From assembly GCA_041671325.1 (NCBI GenBank), contig JBAZBR010000006.1, forward strand, positions 1-62,130: DNA of 62,130 nt, given 5' to 3'. Numbering within the stretch: position 1 is the first letter of the stretch; each line of letters begins with the position of its first letter. This stretch comes from Patescibacteria group bacterium. GTDB lineage: Bacteria; Patescibacteriota; Patescibacteriia; PEXW01. Below, in pieces: positions 38,008 to 46,060 of the stretch. Under the pieces are notes generated by a model, which saw only the letters and a list, made by a program, of their open reading frames with translations, did no database searches and was not told the DNA's origin. Both the position numbers and the translations under genes were made by a program.

Positions 38008-38246
38008 AAATGTTAAAACAGATCTTTCTAGGCATAACCTCGGTAGTTTTTCTAGGACTTGCAGCTGTTCTTCTCTGTTTTTGCGCAGGATTTGGAATAC
38101 CTCTCGTGGGGTTTATTGCTTACAGGCTTATTCAGGGTAACGAAAACTTCCTCAGCCTATTTCTGAGTAGCCTGGGTGTCGCGAGTATATTCTTACTAGC
38201 ACGTTTATCTTTTTATGTGTTTGAAAAAGCTTGTGATGCCACGTAA
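38004..38246 (+). CDS. Small two-TM hypothetical protein
   Basis: 80 aa; ATGA overlap with the previous stop; terminator AAACACCCG/CGGGTGTTT follows. Confidence 0.55.
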   Translation: MKMLKQIFLGITSVVFLGLAAVLLCFCAGFGIPLVGFIAYRLIQGNENFLSLFLSSLGVASIFLLARLSFYVFEKACDAT

Positions 38247-38287
38247 TTTTAAAAACACCCGTGAATTTAGGCGGGTGTTTTCCTTTA

Positions 38288-38410
38288 CCCCCTCTCCCTT
38301 TGGGAGAGGGTATCCCGCCGAATGGCGGGAGGGGTGAGGGTTACTCGGAATTATTAGGAAAATTATTAATCAACCTCACCCTCAATCCCTCTCCTTTATA
38401 GGAGAGGGGG
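38288..38410. repeat. REP-doublet-like palindromic element with a nested hairpin
   Basis: CCCTCTCCC-TTT-GGGAGAGGG...GGGGTGAGGG and inverse CCTCACCCTCAATCCCTCTCC-TTTATA-GGAGAGGG; nested TCCCGCC-GAAT-GGCGGGA at 38313..38330. Confidence 0.75.
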
Positions 38411-38436
38411 AAATTCACAAATCAGGTTTTATTAAT

Positions 38437-39468
38437 TTATCTCCCCAGCTCCCAGACTGGATTGATCTTCAAAGTCTGCCAATGGGATTTTTGGTTATTT
38501 AAAATTTCAAAATAACCAGCCGAGGCAATCATAGCGCCGTTGTCAGTGGTATAAGCTTGGGGCGAGACGAACAATTCAAAGCCATTATGGTGTAAAGTTT
38601 CTTGCAAATCAGTCCTTAATTTTTCATTAGCCGCCACGCCGCCACCCAATAAAACACTTTTAGGTTTTAATTTAAGAGCGGCTTTTAAGGTTTTACCGAC
38701 CAAGACCTCCGCAATTGCGGCTTGGACTGAAGCGGCTAAATTTGCCCGAGCCTGGAAATCCAAACTTGGTTTATCACGTAAATAATACATGACTGAAGTT
38801 TTCAAGCCCGCAAAACTAAATTCAAAATTATCTTCATCCAACATTGGTCGGGGCAAGTCAATTACGGGTTTCCCCTTTTCTGCCAGCTCGGCAATTTCTG
38901 GACCGCCAGGATAAGGTAGTCCAATCAGCTTGGCAGTTTTGTCAAAAGCCTCGCCAGCCGCATCATCCCGAGTTTTGCCAATTAACTTGGTAGATTTCCA
39001 AGAGTGGTTCTTGGGATTTTCTGAAAGCCAAAGCAATTCCGTATGGCCGCCGGAAACCACCAAAGCCAAGGCTGGGAGCGCAGGAATTTTTTCGGCTAAC
39101 CAACAGCTAGCTAAATGCCCGGCAATGTGGTTGACGCCATATAAAGGAATGCCCGTGGCAAAACTTAAAGTCCGGGCGGTTTCCACGCCCACCATCAAAG
39201 CCGTGGCCAAACCCGGTCCAGCCGTGACTGCAATGGCATCAATACCTTTCAAGGCCAAACCGGATTTTTTTAAAGAGCCAATCAAGGTCGGGATGATTGT
39301 AGCCGCATGTTCCCTGGCGGCAACTTCAGGAACCACGCCCCCGGTTTTTTGATGGATCAAGATTTGCGAAGCCGTGACGCAACTTAAAACTGCCAGTTTT
39401 TTCTTTTCGGCTTTGACCACCGCAATTGAAGTGTCATCACAACTGGTTTCAATCCCTAATATAATCAT
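38437..39468 (-). CDS. tsaD: t6A biosynthesis protein TsaD
   Basis: LGIETSCDDT, GGVVPEVAAREH, VNHIAGH, SGGHT, DDAAGEAFDK and TDNGAMIA motifs. Confidence 0.97.
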   Translation of the reverse strand: MIILGIETSCDDTSIAVVKAEKKKLAVLSCVTASQILIHQKTGGVVPEVAAREHAATIIPTLIGSLKKSGLALKGIDAIAVTAGPGLATALMVGVETARTLSFATGIPLYGVNHIAGHLASCWLAEKIPALPALALVVSGGHTELLWLSENPKNHSWKSTKLIGKTRDDAAGEAFDKTAKLIGLPYPGGPEIAELAEKGKPVIDLPRPMLDEDNFEFSFAGLKTSVMYYLRDKPSLDFQARANLAASVQAAIAEVLVGKTLKAALKLKPKSVLLGGGVAANEKLRTDLQETLHHNGFELFVSPQAYTTDNGAMIASAGYFEILNNQKSHWQTLKINPVWELGR

Positions 39469-39607
39469 TTATTTAGCATAATCTATTTAGCAATGAATAT
39501 TTTTGGTCTTCCGCCAGAGGCGGACCCCGCAGTATAGCTGGGCTATGCCTAAAATATCCATATTCTAAGACTAGCATATTTGAAAATTGGCTTAGAAACA
39601 GGGTTGA

Positions 39608-39710
39608 TCCCGCACCACTTTCTAAGCAAATATAAAATAATTAATCAGATTATTATTTTGCTGAATATTCAAAAATTAGATAAATGATTTTTATAGAAAG
39701 TGGTGCGGGA
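39608..39710. mobile_element. MITE-like element copy 2 (103 bp, inverted relative to copy 1)
   Basis: TCCCGCACCACTTTCTA...TAGAAAGTGGTGCGGGA; TTGA at 39604..39607 and 39711..39714. Confidence 0.75.
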
Positions 39711-39790
39711 TTGACAGAATAGGGGTTTATATTTAAGCTTTTGCTATAAAATAAAAAACAGTACTTGAAAAACAACAAGGAGGTTTTTTC

Positions 39791-40312
39791 GTGGTTCAAA
39801 GCTCGTTAAAAAAGCCAAGAATTGTCAGGGTATACCGGGCAATAATCTGGGGCCGACGTTTTGAAGAAGCATCTGAAGCTGGGGTTGAATATTTGTTATT
39901 TCAACGTTCCCGCACAGTCCACTTCCCGAATATGTGGGAATGCCTTGGCGCTACGCCTGAACCAGACGAAAAAGATAAGGCAAAATTCATTTTGCCTAAG
40001 GGCAGTTGGGCCGAAGCCGGCATTAAGATAAGCAAGATCCAAACCGAGGTATTCCGTTTCCAAAGGAAGATTGCAAACTGGCCTGGAAGTCGGTACAACG
40101 GCTATGATTTTTATGAATCGGTTTACTACTTGGTCGATTGTGCCACCATCAGAGGAATTGATTTGTGCCCCCAACACCGTGGTTCTGGTTGGTTCCCCCT
40201 CCCGGCAATTCTTGCTCTAAAACCGGTTTTACGGGAAAGTACTTTTCAAGCGTTCCTGGCTTTAAAAAAAATTGACCTTTCCAAGTACCAAGTCAATTCC
40301 AAACACCACTAA
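39791..40312 (+). CDS. NUDIX-fold protein with degenerate Nudix box
   Basis: YLLFQRS...FPNMWECLG, EAGI and H...GWF frame the fold; the RExxEE core is missing; SD AAGGAGGT before GTG. Confidence 0.55.
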   Translation: MVQSSLKKPRIVRVYRAIIWGRRFEEASEAGVEYLLFQRSRTVHFPNMWECLGATPEPDEKDKAKFILPKGSWAEAGIKISKIQTEVFRFQRKIANWPGSRYNGYDFYESVYYLVDCATIRGIDLCPQHRGSGWFPLPAILALKPVLRESTFQAFLALKKIDLSKYQVNSKHH

Positions 40313-40433
40313 TTAGGATCTTTTAAAAGGCCGTCTGTAATCCCAGCGGCCTTTTTGTCTTGACTTTTTTTAAGGATTTGCTAAAGTGCATAAATAAAAT
40401 CGTTATTTGTTTTTGACCAGCAAGGAGGATTAA

Positions 40434-40583
40434 ATGAGCTTAGAAACCATTGGAGTCATTATCGCGATTGCCGTGATTGTATTGTCGTTAGCAGGGGGTT
40501 GCCGCTGGATAGTAAGACATGGCCAAGGCGGTACCCTTTTAGACAAGGATCCTCGCCAACCCGATCGAAGGTTTCCGCTTTAA
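40434..40583 (+). CDS. Small single-TM protein (49 aa)
   Basis: Not in ORF track; SD AAGGAGG; MSLETIGVIIAIAVIVLSLAGGCRWIVRHGQGGTLLDKDPRQPDRRFPL; terminator near 40600..40635. Confidence 0.55.
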   Translation: MSLETIGVIIAIAVIVLSLAGGCRWIVRHGQGGTLLDKDPRQPDRRFPL

Positions 40584-40670
40584 AAACCTTTTACAAATCC
40601 ACAAAATCCGCTTCAGTCTCTGGGGCGGGTTTTTCTTGACGATAAAAAACCATGGGATTATTATAAAGAT

Positions 40671-40797
40671 GCTCTTTAGCGGGTTCTAACCCCGCCCATC
40701 AAAAGGTCGTCAATGACGACTATCAATGGCGACTGAATGGTGTTCTCGCAGTATAACCCCTGGCCGAATGATTTTTATCGGCCAGGGTGTTTTTTTT
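40671..40797 (+). ncRNA. Candidate small RNA or terminated leader
   Basis: Promoter TTGACG-17-TATTAT (40636..40664); internal hairpins; perfect 10-bp terminator CCCTGGCCGA/TCGGCCAGGG plus T8; no substantial ORF contained. Confidence 0.35.
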
Positions 40798-40891
40798 ATG
40801 CAAAAAATACCTTTTTGCCCAAAAGCAGACGTGCTATAATTTTAACAATATCAAAATAAGCGAGAGATTATCAATATTAATATTAAGTAGT

Positions 40892-41536
40892 ATGAAAAAA
40901 ACAGTTGTTATTATATCTATCGTTATTGCCGTCGGTATTTTGGGCTTTGTCGCTTATAGCCTTTTGACTTCTTCAAAAGTACCCCAAGCATTTATTGATA
41001 AGCACAACGAAAAAGTCGCTTTGGAAAAAGAAGCAACTCAAGCGGCTGATTTGAACAGTTTGCCTGAATGGAGCAATGTTGATAAGCAGATTAGTGAAAA
41101 AAGCTATACTAACGCCTTAAAAACAATCGAAACTGGTTTGAGTCGGAAAAAAGAGGCCGCGGCAAAATTAAATGCCATAGATGGCAAATTGTCAGAATTG
41201 AAATCACTTTCTGAAAAAATTACCGATTCTAAAGTAAAGACAAGCGCTGATAATTTTATTGAGACAGCCAAGAAAGAAAATTCCGCTAAAAGTGCTTATA
41301 ATAACCTTCAGATCCAGATGATTGAAAAGTTAAAAGCGATGGTCGATATTTTAGAAAAAAATCCTAATACTATAAGTACCGCTAATGAAAAAATCATTAA
41401 CACTCTGAGCAATGAAATTAACAGTTTAAAAACTCAGATCAACGAAGCTGAAACCGCGCTCAATACCATTCAAAGTCAGTACAAGGTTGCTGAAACAGAC
41501 TTTTTTAAACTTGCCGGTTTAGAAGTAGAAAAGTAG
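40892..41536 (+). CDS. Membrane-anchored coiled-coil hypothetical protein
   Basis: Start moved from 40787 to ATG 40892 (MKKTVVIISIVIAVGILGF); K/E-rich helical body. Confidence 0.65.
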   Translation: MKKTVVIISIVIAVGILGFVAYSLLTSSKVPQAFIDKHNEKVALEKEATQAADLNSLPEWSNVDKQISEKSYTNALKTIETGLSRKKEAAAKLNAIDGKLSELKSLSEKITDSKVKTSADNFIETAKKENSAKSAYNNLQIQMIEKLKAMVDILEKNPNTISTANEKIINTLSNEINSLKTQINEAETALNTIQSQYKVAETDFFKLAGLEVEK

Positions 41537-41633
41537 TAAATATTTATTAAAGTAATACCGAAGACTTCGCTGTTTTTTCATTTTGGCTATTGACCATAAC
41601 CTAACAATAAGGCAGTATTCATTTTGTATTCAC

Positions 41634-41750
41634 GGCCCTATCGTCTAACGGTTAGGCCCGCCCGCCGAAGCTTCGCTTCAGGCGAAGCGGGCGGGACATT
41701 CGCTTTTTCCCGCCATTTGGCGGGACCGTGCCGTACGGCGGGGCAAGCCG
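41634..41750 (+). pseudogene. Decayed 5' half of tRNA-Glu interrupted by two palindromic inserts
   Basis: First 23 nt identical to the intact tRNA; 39-nt hairpin insert; ACATTCGCTTTT; about 35-nt hairpin insert; CAAGCCG; no T-arm. Confidence 0.75.
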
Positions 41751-41759
41751 CCAAACTAT

Positions 41760-42017
41760 ATGTTTACTGTTTATATTATTAAGAGTTTAAAGGTGAAAAG
41801 ATATTATGTTGGCGTTGCCGAAGATGTAAGTGATCGTATTGCCCAACACAACCAAGGCAAAGTCCGTTCGACAAAGGCTTTTACTCCTTATAAGCTTATT
41901 CATACAGAATCCTTTCAAACTCTTTCACAAGCAAGAGCACAAGAAAGTAAGATTAAACGCTCTGGTCATATCGAGCGCTATCTAAAGAATTTTATGGCCC
42001 TATCGTCTAACGGTTAG
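41760..42017 (+). CDS. Small standalone GIY-YIG nuclease family protein
   Basis: VYII...YYVG...R...HN.G...TK...P..L...E.F.....A...E..IK pattern; last residues MALSSNG-stop are read from the tRNA 5' end. Confidence 0.88.
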   Translation: MFTVYIIKSLKVKRYYVGVAEDVSDRIAQHNQGKVRSTKAFTPYKLIHTESFQTLSQARAQESKIKRSGHIERYLKNFMALSSNG

Positions 42018-42070
42018 GACATCGGCTTTTCAAGCCGGTAATCGGGGTTCGATCCCCCGTGGGGCTACCA
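41996..42070 (+). tRNA. tRNA-Glu (anticodon TTC)
   Basis: 75-nt cloverleaf: acceptor GGCCCTA/TGGGGCT, D-stem GTCT/GGAC, anticodon loop TTTTCAA, T-loop GGTTCGAT, encoded CCA. Confidence 0.92.
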
Positions 42071-42194
42071 GCTCGTTTCGCGTGTCAAGTTGTGCGTGAA
42101 CCGTTTTTACGTTTCCCGCTCCACCCTCCACGCGAATCCTCGCTTCACCCCAACGACGCGTGCTCACTCAGCGTTCCGCGCCACGTCGTCGGGG

Positions 42195-42212
42195 TCCCCC
42201 GTGGGGCTACCA
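42195..42212 (+). repeat. 18-bp duplicate of the tRNA-Glu 3' end (att-like)
   Basis: TCCCCCGTGGGGCTACCA identical to 42053..42070. Confidence 0.85.
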
Positions 42213-42295
42213 CTACCAAACTTTAATTTCTCAAAGATAGTGGTATCCTAAGGGTGCGTGGATATTTACGTACTTATCAACTAATATTATCAAAT

Positions 42296-42934
42296 ATGCG
42301 CAAAAATACGCTTTGCGGGATGATCGCCCTTGCCATGCTTTTATTCCCGTTACATGCCGTACTGGCAGCCTCAAATAGTTTAATTGATCAGGTTACAACC
42401 CCGCTCCATCCAATCCTTCAGCAACTCCACGCGAAGACTTACAATGCCACGGCGCAAGGCAAGACTTATACTGATAAAAAAAATGGCTTTAGCCTAACCT
42501 TGCCGACAGGCTGGAAAAAAATAACCACGCCGGCCAACTCCATCTTCGCCGCGCAACCAACCAACAACATTGACGCGGAATTATTGCTTACCATGACTAA
42601 GTATAAAACCCAAAAACAAGCCAATGCTGCTAACACCAGTATCACTAAAAACCCTAAAAATTTTGGGAAACTTCTACTCAAGGGCTTCCAGGCAGAATTC
42701 CCCACCGGAAACTGTATCCTAAAAACTGCCTTGAAGAAAAATTTGGGCGGCAAAGTTGGCACTCGTGCGAATGTTAATTGTGTCCTGGGGACAACGTCCT
42801 ATACACTGAGCACATTTGCCTTTGTCCACAAACTCACCTATTACGCATTTGTAGACTTGGCTCCAACCAGTCAATTCTCCGGACTCCTCCCGAAGTTTGA
42901 CGCAATCATAGCTAGCATGAAGTTTACGAAGTAA
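42296..42934 (+). CDS. Secreted protein, possibly PsbP/DcrB-like fold
   Basis: Start moved from 42254 to ATG 42296; signal peptide; YTDKKNGFSLTLPTGW and FDAIIASMKF are typical of this fold. Confidence 0.55.
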   Translation: MRKNTLCGMIALAMLLFPLHAVLAASNSLIDQVTTPLHPILQQLHAKTYNATAQGKTYTDKKNGFSLTLPTGWKKITTPANSIFAAQPTNNIDAELLLTMTKYKTQKQANAANTSITKNPKNFGKLLLKGFQAEFPTGNCILKTALKKNLGGKVGTRANVNCVLGTTSYTLSTFAFVHKLTYYAFVDLAPTSQFSGLLPKFDAIIASMKFTK

Positions 42935-42949
42935 ATTATAAGAGGCAGT

Positions 42950-45010
42950 TTACTCGATTAATCCGATAGGTACTTTTCCTAGATCAGCTGAAGAAACTGG
43001 GGTGCTTAATTTTTTAAGAACCTTAATTGCTGTTTTTTCATACATTTCATATTTCTTGCCATCTTTTGGACTAATATACCAATATTTTTTTCCATTTTTT
43101 ACACGCAAAATTTGTCCCTTATACTTTGCAATAACTGCCTGAGAACCGCCTTTCTGACCGGGTTTTGGGATGGCTTTTATCACACTTTCAGGCACAGCGA
43201 CAGACAATTTCATCAAAGCCGAGGTTATTCCGGTGCTGGTAATTTCGAAACGCTTCCCTTTAGTCGGACGCAGGTACCATAGGCGCGCTGCACCCTTTGT
43301 TGGCCGGAGGAGAACACCGGCGTACTTCGCTACAACTTTCTTGTCCACCTTAATCCCCTTGTTCGCATCAGCCTCGCGCAGCTTTATTGGGGTTATATAC
43401 GATTCTCCTACGAAACCAACCGCATCAATAATTCCAGTATTTTCATTTCGGTATAAACGCTTAAGTAGATCGTTGTATGGCATGAGAGGGTACTGCTGCT
43501 TAACCAGACTAATGAGCCCGGTCATGATGGGTGCGGAAAATGAAGTGCCACTCTCGACGTCATAGAAACCACCTAAGGAACTTGAAACGGGAACTGCCGT
43601 GGAGATAACATCTTCACCCGGTGCGTACGCATCAACGCAATTTCCAAAGTTCGACCATTGGGTGAGATAGCCGCTATTGGTAATAGCGCCAACACCGACT
43701 ACTGCGTTCTTTCCTATATCATTGCATACTGGGGATTGTGGAATAACATTCAAATCTTGGCCTATACCCCCTTCGGTGTCACCATTCCCTGCTGCGGCTA
43801 CTACTATGACTCCATGATCATGGGCGTACTTGATAGCTGAATTAAAATCGGTAGTGTAGCCAGTTGTGGTAGTGGTGCTAAGGCTGAGGTTAATAATCGT
43901 TGCGCCATTATTGACTGCATAACGAATCGCTTTCGTGACAGCGGCCGTTGGGCAACCCTTAGCACCGCATACAATAAGCGGCATGATTTTCACTTTCGGA
44001 TTGATACCAGCAATGCCAACGCTATTATCTCGCACTGCGCCAATAATCCCTGCTACCATCGTGCCATGGGAACCACGGGTAGTCATTTCACCTTCATTTG
44101 AAATAAAATCCCAACCGTAAATATCATCAACGTAGCCGTTTTTATCGTCATCTTTCTTATTCCCAATTTTTTCTTTTGGATTTTTCCAAATTACACTGCG
44201 CAAATCCGGGTGGTTCACGTACACTCCATCATCGATAACGGCGACAATTTGCGTTTTAACCACTTTGGATAAAGACCAGGCACGATCTATCCCTACGACC
44301 TTAAGGTATTGCTGTAACGCTGAATACGGATCCGTGGTGAACGGTTGCCATACTTCAACAGTTGGCCCTTCTGCTGAAATTGTTTGCCCCGTTGAAGTCA
44401 TAGTGAAATCTAACCTCACGGCCCCAGAAGTAGCTCCACTTGGTACCACTGCAGTTAAACCCGTCTTCGTCCATGTACTATCCGTTACTGTTCCTTGCAC
44501 GCCATTGAAAAATACTTTGACTGTGTAATAATATGCTGTTGCAGACCCAAACATGTCCTGTAAATACTTACCTGTAATAGCAAGGTTTGTACCAGCAACA
44601 ACGGCTGTTTTATCGACCGAACTAATTACGGGCTGAATACTATATAACGGCGCGCTAACTGCTGAAGAATCAATGTACAAGTGTAAATAGCCTGGCGCAA
44701 AATACCCATCAGTGTCAGGTGGCACCTGAATTGTAATCGATGTGTCCGTCCATGAAATCATCTCAGAACTTGTAGAATATACGCATGGTAATTCAAAAGT
44801 CGAAATTATAATCTCATTAAAGCAAATGTAATCACCATACGATGCTGATGCTCCAAAGCCACCTCCCGTAATTATTAATTGGGTATTACCGGGACTTATA
44901 ACCGACGTAGATAATCCAGTAACCGTTGCCGCTCTTGCGCCATAGCCAACAAGTAAACAGCCACTAAAAATACCTATAAACACCGCAAAGTTTCTAAGGA
45001 ATTTATTCAC
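42950..45010 (-). CDS. Secreted S8 (subtilisin-like) serine peptidase with IPT/TIG-like domains and duplicated C-terminal module
   Basis: Triad motifs VAVIDDGV, SHGTMVAG and SGTSFSAP; oxyanion AAAGN; signal peptide. Confidence 0.9.
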   Translation of the reverse strand: MNKFLRNFAVFIGIFSGCLLVGYGARAATVTGLSTSVISPGNTQLIITGGGFGASASYGDYICFNEIIISTFELPCVYSTSSEMISWTDTSITIQVPPDTDGYFAPGYLHLYIDSSAVSAPLYSIQPVISSVDKTAVVAGTNLAITGKYLQDMFGSATAYYYTVKVFFNGVQGTVTDSTWTKTGLTAVVPSGATSGAVRLDFTMTSTGQTISAEGPTVEVWQPFTTDPYSALQQYLKVVGIDRAWSLSKVVKTQIVAVIDDGVYVNHPDLRSVIWKNPKEKIGNKKDDDKNGYVDDIYGWDFISNEGEMTTRGSHGTMVAGIIGAVRDNSVGIAGINPKVKIMPLIVCGAKGCPTAAVTKAIRYAVNNGATIINLSLSTTTTTGYTTDFNSAIKYAHDHGVIVVAAAGNGDTEGGIGQDLNVIPQSPVCNDIGKNAVVGVGAITNSGYLTQWSNFGNCVDAYAPGEDVISTAVPVSSSLGGFYDVESGTSFSAPIMTGLISLVKQQYPLMPYNDLLKRLYRNENTGIIDAVGFVGESYITPIKLREADANKGIKVDKKVVAKYAGVLLRPTKGAARLWYLRPTKGKRFEITSTGITSALMKLSVAVPESVIKAIPKPGQKGGSQAVIAKYKGQILRVKNGKKYWYISPKDGKKYEMYEKTAIKVLKKLSTPVSSADLGKVPIGLIE

Positions 45011-45260
45011 AATATTTGCTTATTTCTTATTCAAAAAAACTTCGTATTCTATTTGTGTATCGTACAAAGTGAATTTGCGCATAGGTATGTGATTAATAAC
45101 ATAGATAACCGTAGTATACAGCCGTTAATCAGTTTAAAAAACCTCGATTAAACCGCTTGATTATATAGTATTGGTTAGTATGCAAACCTCTTTTTAATGT
45201 TTATGTATTTAAGAGTATAATTGATTAATAACATTTAATTCATAACTAATCAGGTAGTTT

Positions 45261-46004
45261 ATGAAAAAAATATCACTTCTCGTTTCAATTTTGGTAATCA
45301 GCGTATTTTTAATGCCAACCGGCCTTTTTGCATATACAAATGTGCAAACCGTTAGCCAATCAGCCCTTTTGCCTTTGGGCAGAGTTTTGGGGGAAAACAT
45401 CGTCAAGCCGACACTAAAAAATATTAGCCTGACTAATGGTGCTTATAAATTTAAGTCCGGCAAAAAAACCATTAGCCTTAAACCCTTCCCAGGTTATTCT
45501 GGGAAAGTTATGGCCCGAGCGATAAATTTTGGCGGCAAGTCAGGTACGGTGTATCTGTTCATTCCGCAAGGTTCATACAGCAAGGCAATTGTAAGTTACT
45601 ATTTACCAAGCAATTATTCTAAACGCCGGGAGATTTATCCATTTAGCAATACCAGCGGATTTAAAGGTTGGAATGCCAGTATAAGCGTGGAGCCTTTAAA
45701 TTATAAAGTTTATTTGGCTCTTGGCACCAAAAAAGTCGGGGCCAGCGCCAGGATTGTGGAAATTACCAGCAAAGGCTTGCTCTGGGTCAATAACCCAACC
45801 GTGGTAGAAACCGAAGGTAAGGGTGCAGTCCTAGTCCAATTTCTAAAACTTTACCCCCTGCAAAACGGCTTGGTGACCATGATCAGCGGTAATACTTCAA
45901 GCTTGAAAGTTTGGAAATATTCCAGCTCAGCCAACCGTTATGACCAGGATAAAAATTTTGATGTCAGCGCCATTAAGGTCGATGGCGAAAAAATATCCTT
46001 ATAA
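45261..46004 (+). CDS. Secreted beta-rich hypothetical protein
   Basis: Signal peptide MKKISLLVSILVISVFLMPTGLFA; Lys/Tyr-rich body. Confidence 0.65.
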   Translation: MKKISLLVSILVISVFLMPTGLFAYTNVQTVSQSALLPLGRVLGENIVKPTLKNISLTNGAYKFKSGKKTISLKPFPGYSGKVMARAINFGGKSGTVYLFIPQGSYSKAIVSYYLPSNYSKRREIYPFSNTSGFKGWNASISVEPLNYKVYLALGTKKVGASARIVEITSKGLLWVNNPTVVETEGKGAVLVQFLKLYPLQNGLVTMISGNTSSLKVWKYSSSANRYDQDKNFDVSAIKVDGEKISL

Positions 46005-46060
46005 CAAATTATTACTAGATACTTGTCATTAGGCCGAAAATCTGTTATATTCTTGTCACC

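Noticed and set aside
34036-39716. Composite transposon carrying valS and tsaD
   Set aside because: Cargo is essential housekeeping DNA, each element has its own TTGA duplication, and the interiors have diverged, which fits independent insertions.
40671-40797. SRP RNA, 6S RNA or a known riboswitch
   Set aside because: No SRP helix-8 signature, too short and wrongly paired for 6S, and no riboswitch consensus I can recognise; kept only as an unassigned candidate.
40787-40891. N-terminal extension of the coiled-coil protein
   Set aside because: Starts inside a terminator T-run; the signal-anchor begins at ATG 40892.
41634-42070. Group I intron with homing endonuclease in tRNA-Glu
   Set aside because: The downstream tRNA is complete without splicing, the upstream part is a duplicate, and no P/Q/R/S core elements or room for them are visible.
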